Source of the DNA: Candidatus Latescibacterota bacterium
GTDB taxonomy: Bacteria > Latescibacterota > UBA2968 > UBA8231
Direction: 5' to 3'
Length of the DNA: 64,000 nucleotides
Assembly (NCBI GenBank): GCA_963422735.1
Contig: OY730476.1
Span: forward strand, 2,560,001 to 2,624,000
The notes beneath the pieces were generated by a model. The model did no database searches, was not told where the DNA came from, and saw only the letters and a program-made list of their open reading frames with translations. Made by a program: the position numbers and the translations under genes. The number at the start of each line of letters is the position of its first letter. Position 1 is the first letter of the stretch. Shown here piece after piece: positions 1-8,958 of this stretch.

Positions 1-181
1 TCGAAAAACTGGGCATTTGCCACACCTACAAGGGCGAGGCTGAAAATGCCTGCGATTGTGAATCGCCGCATGTTCGTACTCCTTCGTTTGAAGTGAACGC
101 CAGAAATCTCCGACGCATTGCTCGTGCATAATTAAAAGAAATGAATGGGGGAGAGAAAATCAATACGCCCACCCCGGTGCC

Positions 182-967
182 CTAGCGGACCGAATAGACT
201 GTGGATTGGTTGTACGGGATGATCAGCGGCTCGATCCCGGCGAGCGCAGCCGCCCACTCTTGCGGATCGTAGTCGCGGGTGACAAAGCAGGCGTAATGAG
301 CCGGCACGGCGACCTTGAGGCCGAGTGCCGATGCCATCTTGGCCGAGCCAGCAAAGAAGGGGAATTCCCCTTCGCTGGGGTGATTGGTCAACAGCCCGAT
401 GTCGGGACCGAGGTCGCGGATGGGCGCGAGTAATTCTTCGTGTTCGGCAAACGTGTTGACCGGGTCGCCGGAAATGTACACGCGTACGCCGCCAGCCTCC
501 ACCAAGTAGCCCAAGTGGGTCACATCGGGCGGAGCGATGTCGTCGCTGGGCAGGCCCTCCGGGGGTTTGGCATACACCGCGTAGGCCGTCATGGTGCCCA
601 GTTTGGCACTAGCACCGGCGGTGATGGTCGCCATTTGGGCAGCGATACCCGCGCTGCGGACGCGCTGGATGCTCTCTGCCGGACCGACGATCTGCACGCC
701 TGGATAGGCAGCGACAATGCGCGCAATGGACTCTGTGCAAGTGTGGTCGCCGTGGTCGTGGGTCAGGAGCACAAAATCCGTGTGCAGCGACGCCTCGTGG
801 AGTGGGGGGCGGGCGTGGATGAAGCGCTCGGCCGGTCGCTCGTGGGGGTAGTAGGGATCGACTTGGACGATGGTTCCCTGCGCGTCCTTGAGGCCAAACG
901 TGCTCTGGCCAAACCAGTGGATGCCAACCGCGTCTCCATTTACTACCAGCGATTCAAATGGGTGCAT
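182..967 (-). CDS. MBL-fold metallo-hydrolase (UlaG-like)
   Basis: THDHGDH metal-binding motif, YISGD and PAHY motifs, N-terminal WFGQSTF. Confidence 0.85.
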   Translation of the reverse strand: MHPFESLVVNGDAVGIHWFGQSTFGLKDAQGTIVQVDPYYPHERPAERFIHARPPLHEASLHTDFVLLTHDHGDHTCTESIARIVAAYPGVQIVGPAESIQRVRSAGIAAQMATITAGASAKLGTMTAYAVYAKPPEGLPSDDIAPPDVTHLGYLVEAGGVRVYISGDPVNTFAEHEELLAPIRDLGPDIGLLTNHPSEGEFPFFAGSAKMASALGLKVAVPAHYACFVTRDYDPQEWAAALAGIEPLIIPYNQSTVYSVR

Positions 968-1059
968 GGTTTCTCCCTGCGGGGTAAGCCGGGTTGCAAC
1001 CCGATGTGCGTTCCGTAAATTTCGTTAAAATTATGAGAAGAAAGAATGGGGAGCAAACG

Positions 1060-2343
1060 ATGAACAATTCCACGCTTTTCGACGCTTCGTATCAACGCCG
1101 CAAGTGGGCACTGCTAGAGCGGCTGCTAGAGCGGCTGGTGCCGATCTACACCTCAGAGGAGGTCGGAGCACTCCGCATTGATGCGGTTGACCGGGATATT
1201 CTTTCGCAGCGCTCTGGGCGCGGGTTTGTCGATCGCGATCTGCTGGAAACGGTTTTGGGCAACTTGCTCGAATGCGTCGCCCCTGGATCGCACAATGCCT
1301 TGGGGCCGGGGCACCAAAAGCCGTCGCTCGACGAGGCTATCGGCGAGATCGCCGACCAGCTCTACGCGATGATTGCACAATCGCTCTCGGCGGCCGGCGA
1401 GAGCGAAGACACTAAAGAGAAGGCTCTAATGAGCACCTTCTGCTTGCTGTGGGAATTGCCCGCCTACAATGTCCGCGCCCGCTGGAATCGCTTTGCTGCG
1501 CTTAGGGATCCAGCCGTTTGGGATGCCTATTTGCTCGACAACTGTGGGTTGACTCAGGAGCGGCTACTCAAGATAGACTTTCGGGCCGCCTTGGACGAGA
1601 CCATTCACCGCCGCGACTTCGACCACTATCGTCGCTTCCTCGCCGCACTGGAGTGCGACTTCATTTTCGACTATCAGATGCAGCTTGTGATGAGCACTTA
1701 TCCGGGGTGGCGAGTGCTGTTCTACCACGACATTGCCCATGCCCTAACGCGCTCCGGCTCGGTGAAGGGTGAATCCGGGCTAACGCGGCGACCGGTGCCC
1801 TTGCTGCCACGGGCCATTGCCGAGTTAGGGGGGCGCTATTATCAGGCGGATATCCATCCCGAAACGCAGATTGGCGATGCCAACTTCCTCGACCATCCCC
1901 ATCGCGGCATAACCACCGGACAGACGGGTATCATCGGCAGCGGGTGTCACATGTACCCGTGTACTTTGGGCGGCCTCAGCGGCAAGGTGCAGCAGCGCCA
2001 TCCCATCATTGGCGACTACGTGTTTATCGGCACGGATGCCGGGCTTTTTGGCCCCGTGCAGGTGGGCGACCGCACGGCGATTGGGGCCAATTCCGAAATC
2101 AACGGCATCGTCGCGATTGGCCCGGATTGTCGGATCGGCGTGTCGGTATCTATTGGTACGCTCAGAGCAAAGGCCGTGCGGCCTGGAGCGATTAAATTGG
2201 GGGCTGGGGTGCGCGTGGGGGCCGGCACCGTCATTGAAAATGATTCGCCGCTCGACTTAGTCATTCCCGACCAAGCGGCGATACCAGCGCGCAGCTACGT
2301 GGTCAACGACGGCTGCGGCCGGCCGAAATTTGTGCGGGAATAA
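1060..2343 (+). CDS. Serine acetyltransferase (CysE)-like hexapeptide acyltransferase with long N-terminal domain
   Basis: ADIHPETQIG..FLDH...TLGG..RHPIIGD matches the CysE left-handed beta-helix; ATG at 1060 follows GGGGAG (ORF is open from 994). Confidence 0.7.
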   Translation: MNNSTLFDASYQRRKWALLERLLERLVPIYTSEEVGALRIDAVDRDILSQRSGRGFVDRDLLETVLGNLLECVAPGSHNALGPGHQKPSLDEAIGEIADQLYAMIAQSLSAAGESEDTKEKALMSTFCLLWELPAYNVRARWNRFAALRDPAVWDAYLLDNCGLTQERLLKIDFRAALDETIHRRDFDHYRRFLAALECDFIFDYQMQLVMSTYPGWRVLFYHDIAHALTRSGSVKGESGLTRRPVPLLPRAIAELGGRYYQADIHPETQIGDANFLDHPHRGITTGQTGIIGSGCHMYPCTLGGLSGKVQQRHPIIGDYVFIGTDAGLFGPVQVGDRTAIGANSEINGIVAIGPDCRIGVSVSIGTLRAKAVRPGAIKLGAGVRVGAGTVIENDSPLDLVIPDQAAIPARSYVVNDGCGRPKFVRE

Positions 2344-2451
2344 GGAATCCAAATCGCATCCTCCTAATTTATAGCCCGTCAGATTCGCGTTAGCCATCCG
2401 CTCAGGCGACGAAATGACGAAATTAAGTGCTCGCCCACAGGGTGCGGTTCG

Positions 2452-2745
2452 TCAATAATAGTAGCGTGCCTGCAAGAAACCTATACGTCCTTCGCTTACC
2501 ATACGATGTTCTTCCGTAAGGCGCCGCGACCACGTCCCGAACGGGAGGTATTTGAGGGGTTCCGGTTTGCCGATACCTGAAAATGGGTCGCGGAGCACGG
2601 CCTGTATCAGATCAAAGGCGCGCAGAGCTATTTTGCGGTTAGTGTGTACCCAGTAACGCAGATCTTCAACGAATTCAGGATGGAATACCCCTATCCATTC
2701 GCGAGCGGGAGGAACATCCTTTCGTTTACTTTTCTTTTTCGACAA
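2452..2745 (-). CDS. yoeB: Txe/YoeB family toxin, apparently altered near the C-terminus
   Basis: DPFSGIGKPEPLK..WSRRLTEEHR; overlaps the upstream antitoxin. Confidence 0.85.
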   Translation of the reverse strand: MSKKKSKRKDVPPAREWIGVFHPEFVEDLRYWVHTNRKIALRAFDLIQAVLRDPFSGIGKPEPLKYLPFGTWSRRLTEEHRMVSEGRIGFLQARYYY

Positions 2746-3016
2746 GACCGAGTTCCCGGCGAAGCTCTTCTATGGAAGAAGGAGACAACGTCCGGCTCTG
2801 TGCGCGGTTGATCGCCACGAGAAGGCGTTGGACGTTTTTGGGCGATCTGAGGAGATGAGCCGTCTCGAGAAGGCTGGCTAATTCGTCGGCTGAAATCAGC
2901 GCGACGTCTTCGGCATTGCGCCGCCGTATAATCACGGGCTCGCGGGTGGAGGCGACTTTGTCGCAGAGCGATGCGAGCTCGGCTCTGGCTTGGGAGTAGG
3001 TCGTAATGGTAGTCAT
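2726..3016 (-). CDS. yefM: Phd/YefM family antitoxin
   Basis: TYSQARAEL..EPVIIRR..LLETAHLLRSPKN; AGGAG RBS. Confidence 0.9.
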   Translation of the reverse strand: MTTITTYSQARAELASLCDKVASTREPVIIRRRNAEDVALISADELASLLETAHLLRSPKNVQRLLVAINRAQSRTLSPSSIEELRRELGLVEKEK

Positions 3017-3033
3017 TTGATTCTCCTATGGTC

Positions 3034-3073
3034 TGTACCTATTTAGTGTACATGTCGTGAAAATTTTGCCAAG
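3034..3073 (-). promoter_or_regulatory. yefM-yoeB promoter with TGTACA-type operator
   Basis: TGTACA at 3047-3052 and TGTACC at 3034-3039 (known YefM operator core); minus-strand TTGGCA-16 nt-TACACT overlaps it. Confidence 0.6.
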
Positions 3074-3164
3074 ATGAATGCTTGCAAAAAACAACTAGCC
3101 AAGATTTGTCCTGACGGCTCCTTTTTTCGGATACCTTTGTCGCCTAAAAGCAACTACTATAAGG

Positions 3165-3935
3165 GTGATCATGGAACGGAATGGAAAAAACTGCGTGCAG
3201 AGAGCTACCGCTGGCGACTCCGCGGCGTTTGGGCTGCTAGTTGAGGAACACACACCGTGGCTGCTGGTGCGGCTCACTCGCAGGCTGGGCTCGCAAGAGG
3301 CGGCAGAGGACATCCTACAGGAGGCGTTCATTGCCGCGTACCAGCAGCTAGCGGAATTGCACTCTCCCGAGCGATTCGGTGCTTGGCTGTGCTCGATCGC
3401 GGACAACAAAGCGCGCATGTGGCAGCGCCGCCGTCTCACGCAGCTCAATTTTCTGGATCAGCTCAACATCGCGGCCCCGCCCGAGCAGGAGAAGCAGGAG
3501 GTTAAGGCACTGGTGCGGAAGGCGATCGGACAATTGAGCGACCCCCACCGAGACGTGATCGTCCACCACTACCTCAAGGGCTATTCCTATCAGCAGACAG
3601 CAAACTTGCTGCACCTCCAAACCGGAGTGGTAAAGAGCCGTCTGCAAAAGGCCCGGAAACGCCTGCAAAAGGAGATCGTGGCGATGGCAGAATCCATCAC
3701 TTCCCAGACATTCGAACTTGGCCCGGACGATCTGGCCGGATTGCGTCACGTAGCTCGCTTCAGGAGCGACGATCCCAAGCGGCCCATTATGCACTGCGTT
3801 TGTCTCGACGCCGGCGGTAGGATTGTCGCGACCGATGGCTCGCGGCTGCTCAACCAAAACGCCAAGGGCATGGCAAAGCCATACCAAGTCCGCCAAGTCA
3901 TCAAGGCAATCGAGAAATTGGAGGGCATGCGATGA
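3165..3935 (+). CDS. ECF sigma factor with truncated beta-clamp-like extension, fused to the C-terminal remnant of a HicA-like toxin (chimeric)
   Basis: AEDILQEAF, FGAWLCSIADN (region 2); YSYQQTA..VKSRLQKAR (region 4); DDPKRPIM..VATDGSRL; tail QNAKGMAKPYQVRQVIKAIEKL. Confidence 0.75.
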   Translation: MIMERNGKNCVQRATAGDSAAFGLLVEEHTPWLLVRLTRRLGSQEAAEDILQEAFIAAYQQLAELHSPERFGAWLCSIADNKARMWQRRRLTQLNFLDQLNIAAPPEQEKQEVKALVRKAIGQLSDPHRDVIVHHYLKGYSYQQTANLLHLQTGVVKSRLQKARKRLQKEIVAMAESITSQTFELGPDDLAGLRHVARFRSDDPKRPIMHCVCLDAGGRIVATDGSRLLNQNAKGMAKPYQVRQVIKAIEKLEGMR

Positions 3936-4258
3936 GCGACCATTACACGTACCGCATCACGTGGTCGGCCGAAGACAACGAACAGGTGGGTCTATGCGCT
4001 GAATTCCCATCGCTGAGCTGGCTGGCCCCTACGCCTGCTGAGACGTTGTCCGGCATCCAGCGCCTTGTGCGCGGGTGTCTGGCAGACATGCACACCACCG
4101 GAGAAGCCGTGCCGGAACCAATAGCGGACCGCAGCTACAGTGGGAAGTTCATGGTGCGTGTGCCGCCAGAATCGCACCGCGCCCTTGCCATACAAGCAGC
4201 AGAGCAAGGGGTGAGCCTAAACCGGCTTGTGAGTGCGCGGCTTGTAAGCACCACCTAA
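3932..4258 (+). CDS. hicB: HicB family antitoxin
   Basis: YTYRITWSAED..GLCAEFPSLSWLA; YSGKFMVRVPPESHRALA..GVSLN ribbon-helix-helix; ATGA overlap with the upstream ORF. Confidence 0.9.
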   Translation: MSDHYTYRITWSAEDNEQVGLCAEFPSLSWLAPTPAETLSGIQRLVRGCLADMHTTGEAVPEPIADRSYSGKFMVRVPPESHRALAIQAAEQGVSLNRLVSARLVSTT

Positions 4259-4524
4259 CTGGTTGCGGTGCTCTCGCCGAAGCGGTGGGGCTGGGTCGCG
4301 CACTGCCGGGAGCAGGAAACAGTGGAGCGAATTTTTCGGCCGCAGTCGGAGTACGTCGGATCCGAGGGTAGAGAGTAGGTGCCCTTGGAAAACCGCTGAG
4401 CAGCCAATTCGCTGATCCATTCTGCCAAGAGATTCACCTTATTAGGCATGTATCGTAATGTTCTTATGTATGAGAACGACGCGAAGGTGCCCGCGTGGCG
4501 TACAGTTGCTCGTCCGCCGGCTCC

Positions 4525-5268
4525 TCAGTCGCCCGTCCTCGGCGGCCAAGTGGCGAAATATTCGGGTGCCCAGCGTCTGGCGAGGTGGTAGTTGCGTTTC
4601 TGATAGGGGCCGGTGGGTGGTGCTGTCTCGGCTTCGATCCAGGCCTCGGCACCGGCCAGCCGGGGGAACTCCAAGATCCAGAGGAACTCGCCTTCGGTGT
4701 TGGTTCCGAGCAGTCGGAAGACCTCCCCGTGGATGAGGCCGTGGCCTCGGGCCACCTCTTGTAGTCGCTTTTGGCGCTCCTCGTCGCCGCGCGTCCGGGG
4801 GGCAACTTGGTCGGAGCCACGACGCCAGCCGCCGAAGGCGAGCACGACGATCGAGGAGGAATCGGCGGTCAGGAGTGGGATCACGTGCGGGTCAGTGTCG
4901 GGGGCCACGGGAGGTTCGGGCTTGCGGGGCAGCCAAGCTAGGCTCTCCGGTTGCCAGCGTCTGGCGAGAGAGTAGTCGTAGAAGCCGTAGCGTCCATACG
5001 GAGGCTCCACCTCAGCCGACATCCAAGCCTCGGCACCGGCTAGGTCCGGGAATTCGATGGTCCAGAACCGCTCCCAACTGTCGCGAGGTGCCAGCAGGCG
5101 GTACCCGTGTAGGCCGATCAGGCCATGGCGCTCGGAGACGGACAGCATCAGATCAACGTGCTGGTGCTCGTAATCGAGCCGCTGAGCCTCGTCGAGTCGA
5201 TGCCACTTAGGCAAGCGTCCACCCCGGAACAGAATGACGACGCTGTCGCCTTGCGCCGAATCAGTCAT
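4525..5268 (-). CDS. Hypothetical protein with internally duplicated domain (possible dimeric alpha/beta barrel)
   Basis: Two copies of W-x-x-EFP-x-LAGAEAW...LARRW-x-PE; GGGGG RBS. Confidence 0.7.
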   Translation of the reverse strand: MTDSAQGDSVVILFRGGRLPKWHRLDEAQRLDYEHQHVDLMLSVSERHGLIGLHGYRLLAPRDSWERFWTIEFPDLAGAEAWMSAEVEPPYGRYGFYDYSLARRWQPESLAWLPRKPEPPVAPDTDPHVIPLLTADSSSIVVLAFGGWRRGSDQVAPRTRGDEERQKRLQEVARGHGLIHGEVFRLLGTNTEGEFLWILEFPRLAGAEAWIEAETAPPTGPYQKRNYHLARRWAPEYFATWPPRTGD

Positions 5269-5339
5269 GCGGACCCCCCCCTGTTGGGTTGCCTGACATA
5301 ATGGTGCGCCCGATCTCTCCGCGTACCCAGACGGAGAGG

Positions 5340-6266
5340 CTACGACAACTCGCCGATTAGTCTGCGGATGTTGGCGTAGTTCGTCTGCATGGCTTCGAGC
5401 CGCGACCCGCTTGCCGGTAGAAAGTGGGTAGCAATCGACAGGACGGCGTCGCAGCGGTTGTCGCGCAGGTTGCGCAGGATCGTCGGGTAGTCCACGTCTC
5501 CCTCGCCGATTGGCGTGTAATCGAATTCGAGCTTCGAACCGTTTATGGTGCGCAGATCCTTGGCGTGGACGCCGTGCAGGTAAGGGCGCAGGTTTTCGAA
5601 TCCGGCGGTGGCATTATCGACTTCGCCGCAATTGTAGTTGTCCGCCGGACACCACAGCACCTTGAACCGCCGTGAGCCTACTGCTTCGACGATGCGGCGA
5701 AAGTTGCGGCTGGTGTTGCCGTAGTTCCACTGCATCATCAGGAAGGCGATGTCGATGTCGTATTTCTCGGCGAGGTCGGCGAACATCGAGAACGCTTCGA
5801 CTAGCTTTTCCATGTCGCCATCGGAGATGATGCCGCCACGCGTTGCCCAGCGCATCGGCCAAGTCGGCTTCCCGCCAGTGTACTCGGCTGGCCAAGCGAA
5901 GCTGCTGCAGCCGACCGCTCCGATTCCCAAGCGGGCCGAAACCTCCATTGACCGTTCTAGGTTGGTGAAATGCTCCTTGAACTGGGCGTGTTTGAGCATC
6001 TTGCCCGGCTCAAGCTCGGCGAGATGCACTGTCTTGAACAACCCGGCACCGTCGAGCAGGAAAAATTCGAGACCGTGCGCGGCGACTTGCGCGGCGGCTT
6101 GGTCTATCTCGGCGTCGGAAAGCTCGTAGAAGCTGCGATTGTCGGAGTGGGTGCCGCACCAAACGTAGCGCGCACCGAGATCGCGCGCTGTCGCCAGCGA
6201 TTGCCCGAATGGCTGCTGCAGCTCTCCGAGATAGATCCCCATCTTGAATTCGTAGTGGTCGCTCAT
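5340..6266 (-). CDS. Sugar phosphate isomerase/epimerase (xylose isomerase-like TIM barrel)
   Basis: VHAKD, PIGEGDVDYPTIL motifs. Confidence 0.75.
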   Translation of the reverse strand: MSDHYEFKMGIYLGELQQPFGQSLATARDLGARYVWCGTHSDNRSFYELSDAEIDQAAAQVAAHGLEFFLLDGAGLFKTVHLAELEPGKMLKHAQFKEHFTNLERSMEVSARLGIGAVGCSSFAWPAEYTGGKPTWPMRWATRGGIISDGDMEKLVEAFSMFADLAEKYDIDIAFLMMQWNYGNTSRNFRRIVEAVGSRRFKVLWCPADNYNCGEVDNATAGFENLRPYLHGVHAKDLRTINGSKLEFDYTPIGEGDVDYPTILRNLRDNRCDAVLSIATHFLPASGSRLEAMQTNYANIRRLIGELS

Positions 6267-6273
6267 GATTCTT

Positions 6274-7107
6274 CTATCCCCGCGCAGGCTCGGCCATCTC
6301 TGCCCGTGCCTGAGTCGCTAGTTCTTTAAGGTGATCGTCGTTGGCCATCCGCTGTTCGAGATGTACCATGCGACGGGCACTCGCCGTGGCGAGCATCTTC
6401 TCGCCGTACGCGCGCTTCGCCCAGAAGCGGGCAAGCCCTGCGATGTCTTGTTTGACAAGGTCGATCTGATCGTCGGGCACGCGCACCATGCAGTTGATGG
6501 TGAACATGCGGCGACGACCACCGCCCCCGAAGGCCGCGTGTTTGAGGTTGTGCTGGAAAACGACGACGTCTCCTCGGGCGATCTCCAGCGCGACGGCTGG
6601 GACTTGGTCGCCGGAGATGCCCCACTGTTCCTGCGATTGGCGCGCGTTTGCTTCGAGCGTCTCGGCATACTGATCGCCGCGCCGGTGGCTGCCCGGGATT
6701 ACGCGCAGGCAGCCAGTGTCGCGCGTCAGGGGGTCGAGGTAGAAGGCGATCTTGACGTGGCGCACTTCCTTCTGGTAGCCATCGGAGTGCCACTGCGTGT
6801 CGCCGGCGTAGTAGTTGCCGTCGGAACTGCTGTAGTTGAAGTCGTCGCCGAGCAGACTGGCCAGCAACCCCTCGATGCGCGGATCGTCGAGCAGCGCGCA
6901 CAATCGCTCGTGTTGATCGATGAAGGGCACGATGCAGGAACGCCGTTCGCCGTCGTGCGGTTGCCCGTCGTGGCCGCCGCCGCGCTCGGCCCAGACCTGT
7001 TCAAAGGCGTCGATGATTTCGTCGATGCAGTCGGCCATCAACCCCGGCAGCGCGAGGTAGCCAAAGGTGTCGAAAAAGTTGAGTTGCTGTTGGTTGAGGG
7101 GGATCAT
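6274..7107 (-). CDS. Phytanoyl-CoA dioxygenase (PhyH) family Fe(II)/2-oxoglutarate oxygenase
   Basis: FFDTFGYL, WHSD, GCLRVIPGSH, GDVVVF..LKH; ATG at 7107 after GGGAG. Confidence 0.88.
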   Translation of the reverse strand: MIPLNQQQLNFFDTFGYLALPGLMADCIDEIIDAFEQVWAERGGGHDGQPHDGERRSCIVPFIDQHERLCALLDDPRIEGLLASLLGDDFNYSSSDGNYYAGDTQWHSDGYQKEVRHVKIAFYLDPLTRDTGCLRVIPGSHRRGDQYAETLEANARQSQEQWGISGDQVPAVALEIARGDVVVFQHNLKHAAFGGGGRRRMFTINCMVRVPDDQIDLVKQDIAGLARFWAKRAYGEKMLATASARRMVHLEQRMANDDHLKELATQARAEMAEPARG

Positions 7108-7179
7108 GTCGGTTCTCCCGGAGTGCTTGACGAAGGGTGAGTTAAAGACGCAAGTAAGAAAAGAGATCGGCACTCGCTA

Positions 7180-7369
7180 TCTATAAGATGACCGATCTTC
7201 ACGACATAGACTATCAGGGCATTGTAGCACTCGACAGCGGTCCAAGCCAGAGAGTTTTTCAACGCCTCGTGGATGAAGATCGTCCTTTAGAGCGCGAATT
7301 CGAGCAATGATGCGCTGTCGTTGTTTCTTCTACGGCAGAGGGCTTGAGCTGAATTTTATAGCTTGCCAC
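7180..7369 (-). pseudogene. RelE/ParE family toxin pseudogene
   Basis: Hand translation gives MASYKIQLKPSAVEE / QRQRIIARIRALKDDLHPRGVEKLSG..RV / LIVYVVKIGH, separated by two frameshifting deletions. Confidence 0.75.
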
Positions 7370-7589
7370 TGCGCTTGAGATATTTGACGACATCCTCAAA
7401 CGGCAAATTGGGTTCGGCGTCCCGCTCGTCGAAGGCACTCAAATCCTCGACATTCTCGGTTAGGGTGCGTCTCACCGCATCATTGACCAAGGCGGAAATT
7501 GACCGGTTCGCTGCGGCAGCCTGTAGCTGAAGGGCCCGCTGAATCGCAGGATCAAAGTTGATGGTGATTCGTTTGGTCGCATTAGGCAC
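7356..7589 (-). CDS. CopG/ribbon-helix-helix antitoxin
   Basis: KRITINFDP..RSISALVNDAVR..EDLSAFDER..LKRSGKL; overlaps the RelE remnant. Confidence 0.8.
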   Translation of the reverse strand: MPNATKRITINFDPAIQRALQLQAAAANRSISALVNDAVRRTLTENVEDLSAFDERDAEPNLPFEDVVKYLKRSGKL

Positions 7590-7814
7590 GAGAAAAGTAA
7601 TAACCTCATAGCGTTAAAACGTCACAGCATAGCGGATTCATTGGATGTCGCCGCTCCCACAGAGCTTGACGGAGGGTGGGGGAGGCGATACATTGGCGGC
7701 GTTTTGGATGCATGTTAAATATAATGAAAGAGCCTGTCTTCATTCAATGGCTGCATAGAATGTCTCTCGCTGGTTGGGAATGGGATTTGATACCGAAAGA
7801 CGTGGAGGGTAGCG

Positions 7815-8951
7815 ATGAAAATTGTCGATGTGAGTGCCGTGCTACTGCAACCCATGCCTTGGGTGCTGGTGAAGGTATGCACCGACGAGGGGATCACCGG
7901 CATTGGCGAGGCCTATCACGGGGCCGGCGTCCACCACATCGCCGTTGATGAACGCCTCACCCAACGCGCCCTCATCGGCCAAGATCCGCGCAACGTTGAC
8001 AAACTCTTCCGCGACATGAAAAGCTCGATGTCGGCGTCGGGGTACTACCAAGGTGCGGTGATGAGCGCGATTAGCGGCATTGAGATGGCGCTGTGGGATA
8101 TCACCGGGCAGGCGATTGGCGTGCCGATCTGGCAATTGCTGGGCGGCGCGTACCGCGACTCAATTCGCATGTACAACGACTGCCACGCCGGCGACGAAGA
8201 CGACAATCCCGAATCTTGGGCAGCCAAGGCCAAGGAAGTGGAAGCCCGCGGCTTTGACGCCATCAAGTTCGACATTGATCCGCGTCCCAACCGGCGCGAC
8301 CGCTACAACCGCACCATGAGCAACAGCGACATTGCCTTCCACATCGAAGTGGTCACGGCGCTCCGCGAAGCACTGCATCCCAACACGGATTTGCTCATCG
8401 ACGCCCACTGGGCCTACGCTCCCCACGACATTCTCAAGGTTGCCTACGCCTTGGAAGCACTAGATTTGATGTGGTTGGAAGATCCGGTTCCGGCCGAAAA
8501 TGTCGCCGCACTCAAAGAAGTGAAGACCGCGACGCGCACCCCGATCTGCACAGGCGAAAACCTGTACACGCGACACGGATTCCGCGAGCTGGTCGAGACG
8601 CAGGCGACGGATATCATCTCGCCCGATTTGGCCAAGGCCGGCGGCCTGTCCGAAGGACGGCGCATCGCCGATCTGGCCGACATCTATTACATCCCAATTT
8701 CACCGCACAACATCTGCAGTCCGATCGGCACCGTAGCCATGTGCCACGTATGCGCCGCTTCTCCCAACTTTCAAGTGTTGGAGTTTCACCACCTCGACAA
8801 CGAGCTATGGAGCAGCCTCACTGTGGAACGCGACCTGATCGTCAACGGGCGGATCCCCTTGCCGCAGGCCCCCGGTCTCGGGGTCGCACTCGACGAGGAG
8901 GTGGCTCGCGGCGCAGCGCGCGAGGACCTCGGCTTCTTCGACGCGGAATAG
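7815..8951 (+). CDS. Mandelate racemase/muconate lactonizing enzyme family (acid-sugar dehydratase-like)
   Basis: GIGEA, ALWDITG, KFD, WLEDP, TGEN, PHN. Confidence 0.9.
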   Translation: MKIVDVSAVLLQPMPWVLVKVCTDEGITGIGEAYHGAGVHHIAVDERLTQRALIGQDPRNVDKLFRDMKSSMSASGYYQGAVMSAISGIEMALWDITGQAIGVPIWQLLGGAYRDSIRMYNDCHAGDEDDNPESWAAKAKEVEARGFDAIKFDIDPRPNRRDRYNRTMSNSDIAFHIEVVTALREALHPNTDLLIDAHWAYAPHDILKVAYALEALDLMWLEDPVPAENVAALKEVKTATRTPICTGENLYTRHGFRELVETQATDIISPDLAKAGGLSEGRRIADLADIYYIPISPHNICSPIGTVAMCHVCAASPNFQVLEFHHLDNELWSSLTVERDLIVNGRIPLPQAPGLGVALDEEVARGAAREDLGFFDAE

Positions 8952-8958
8952 AGCTGAT

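Noticed and set aside
4255-4449. Short minus-strand ORFs after hicB
   Set aside because: No family recognised; possibly gene debris
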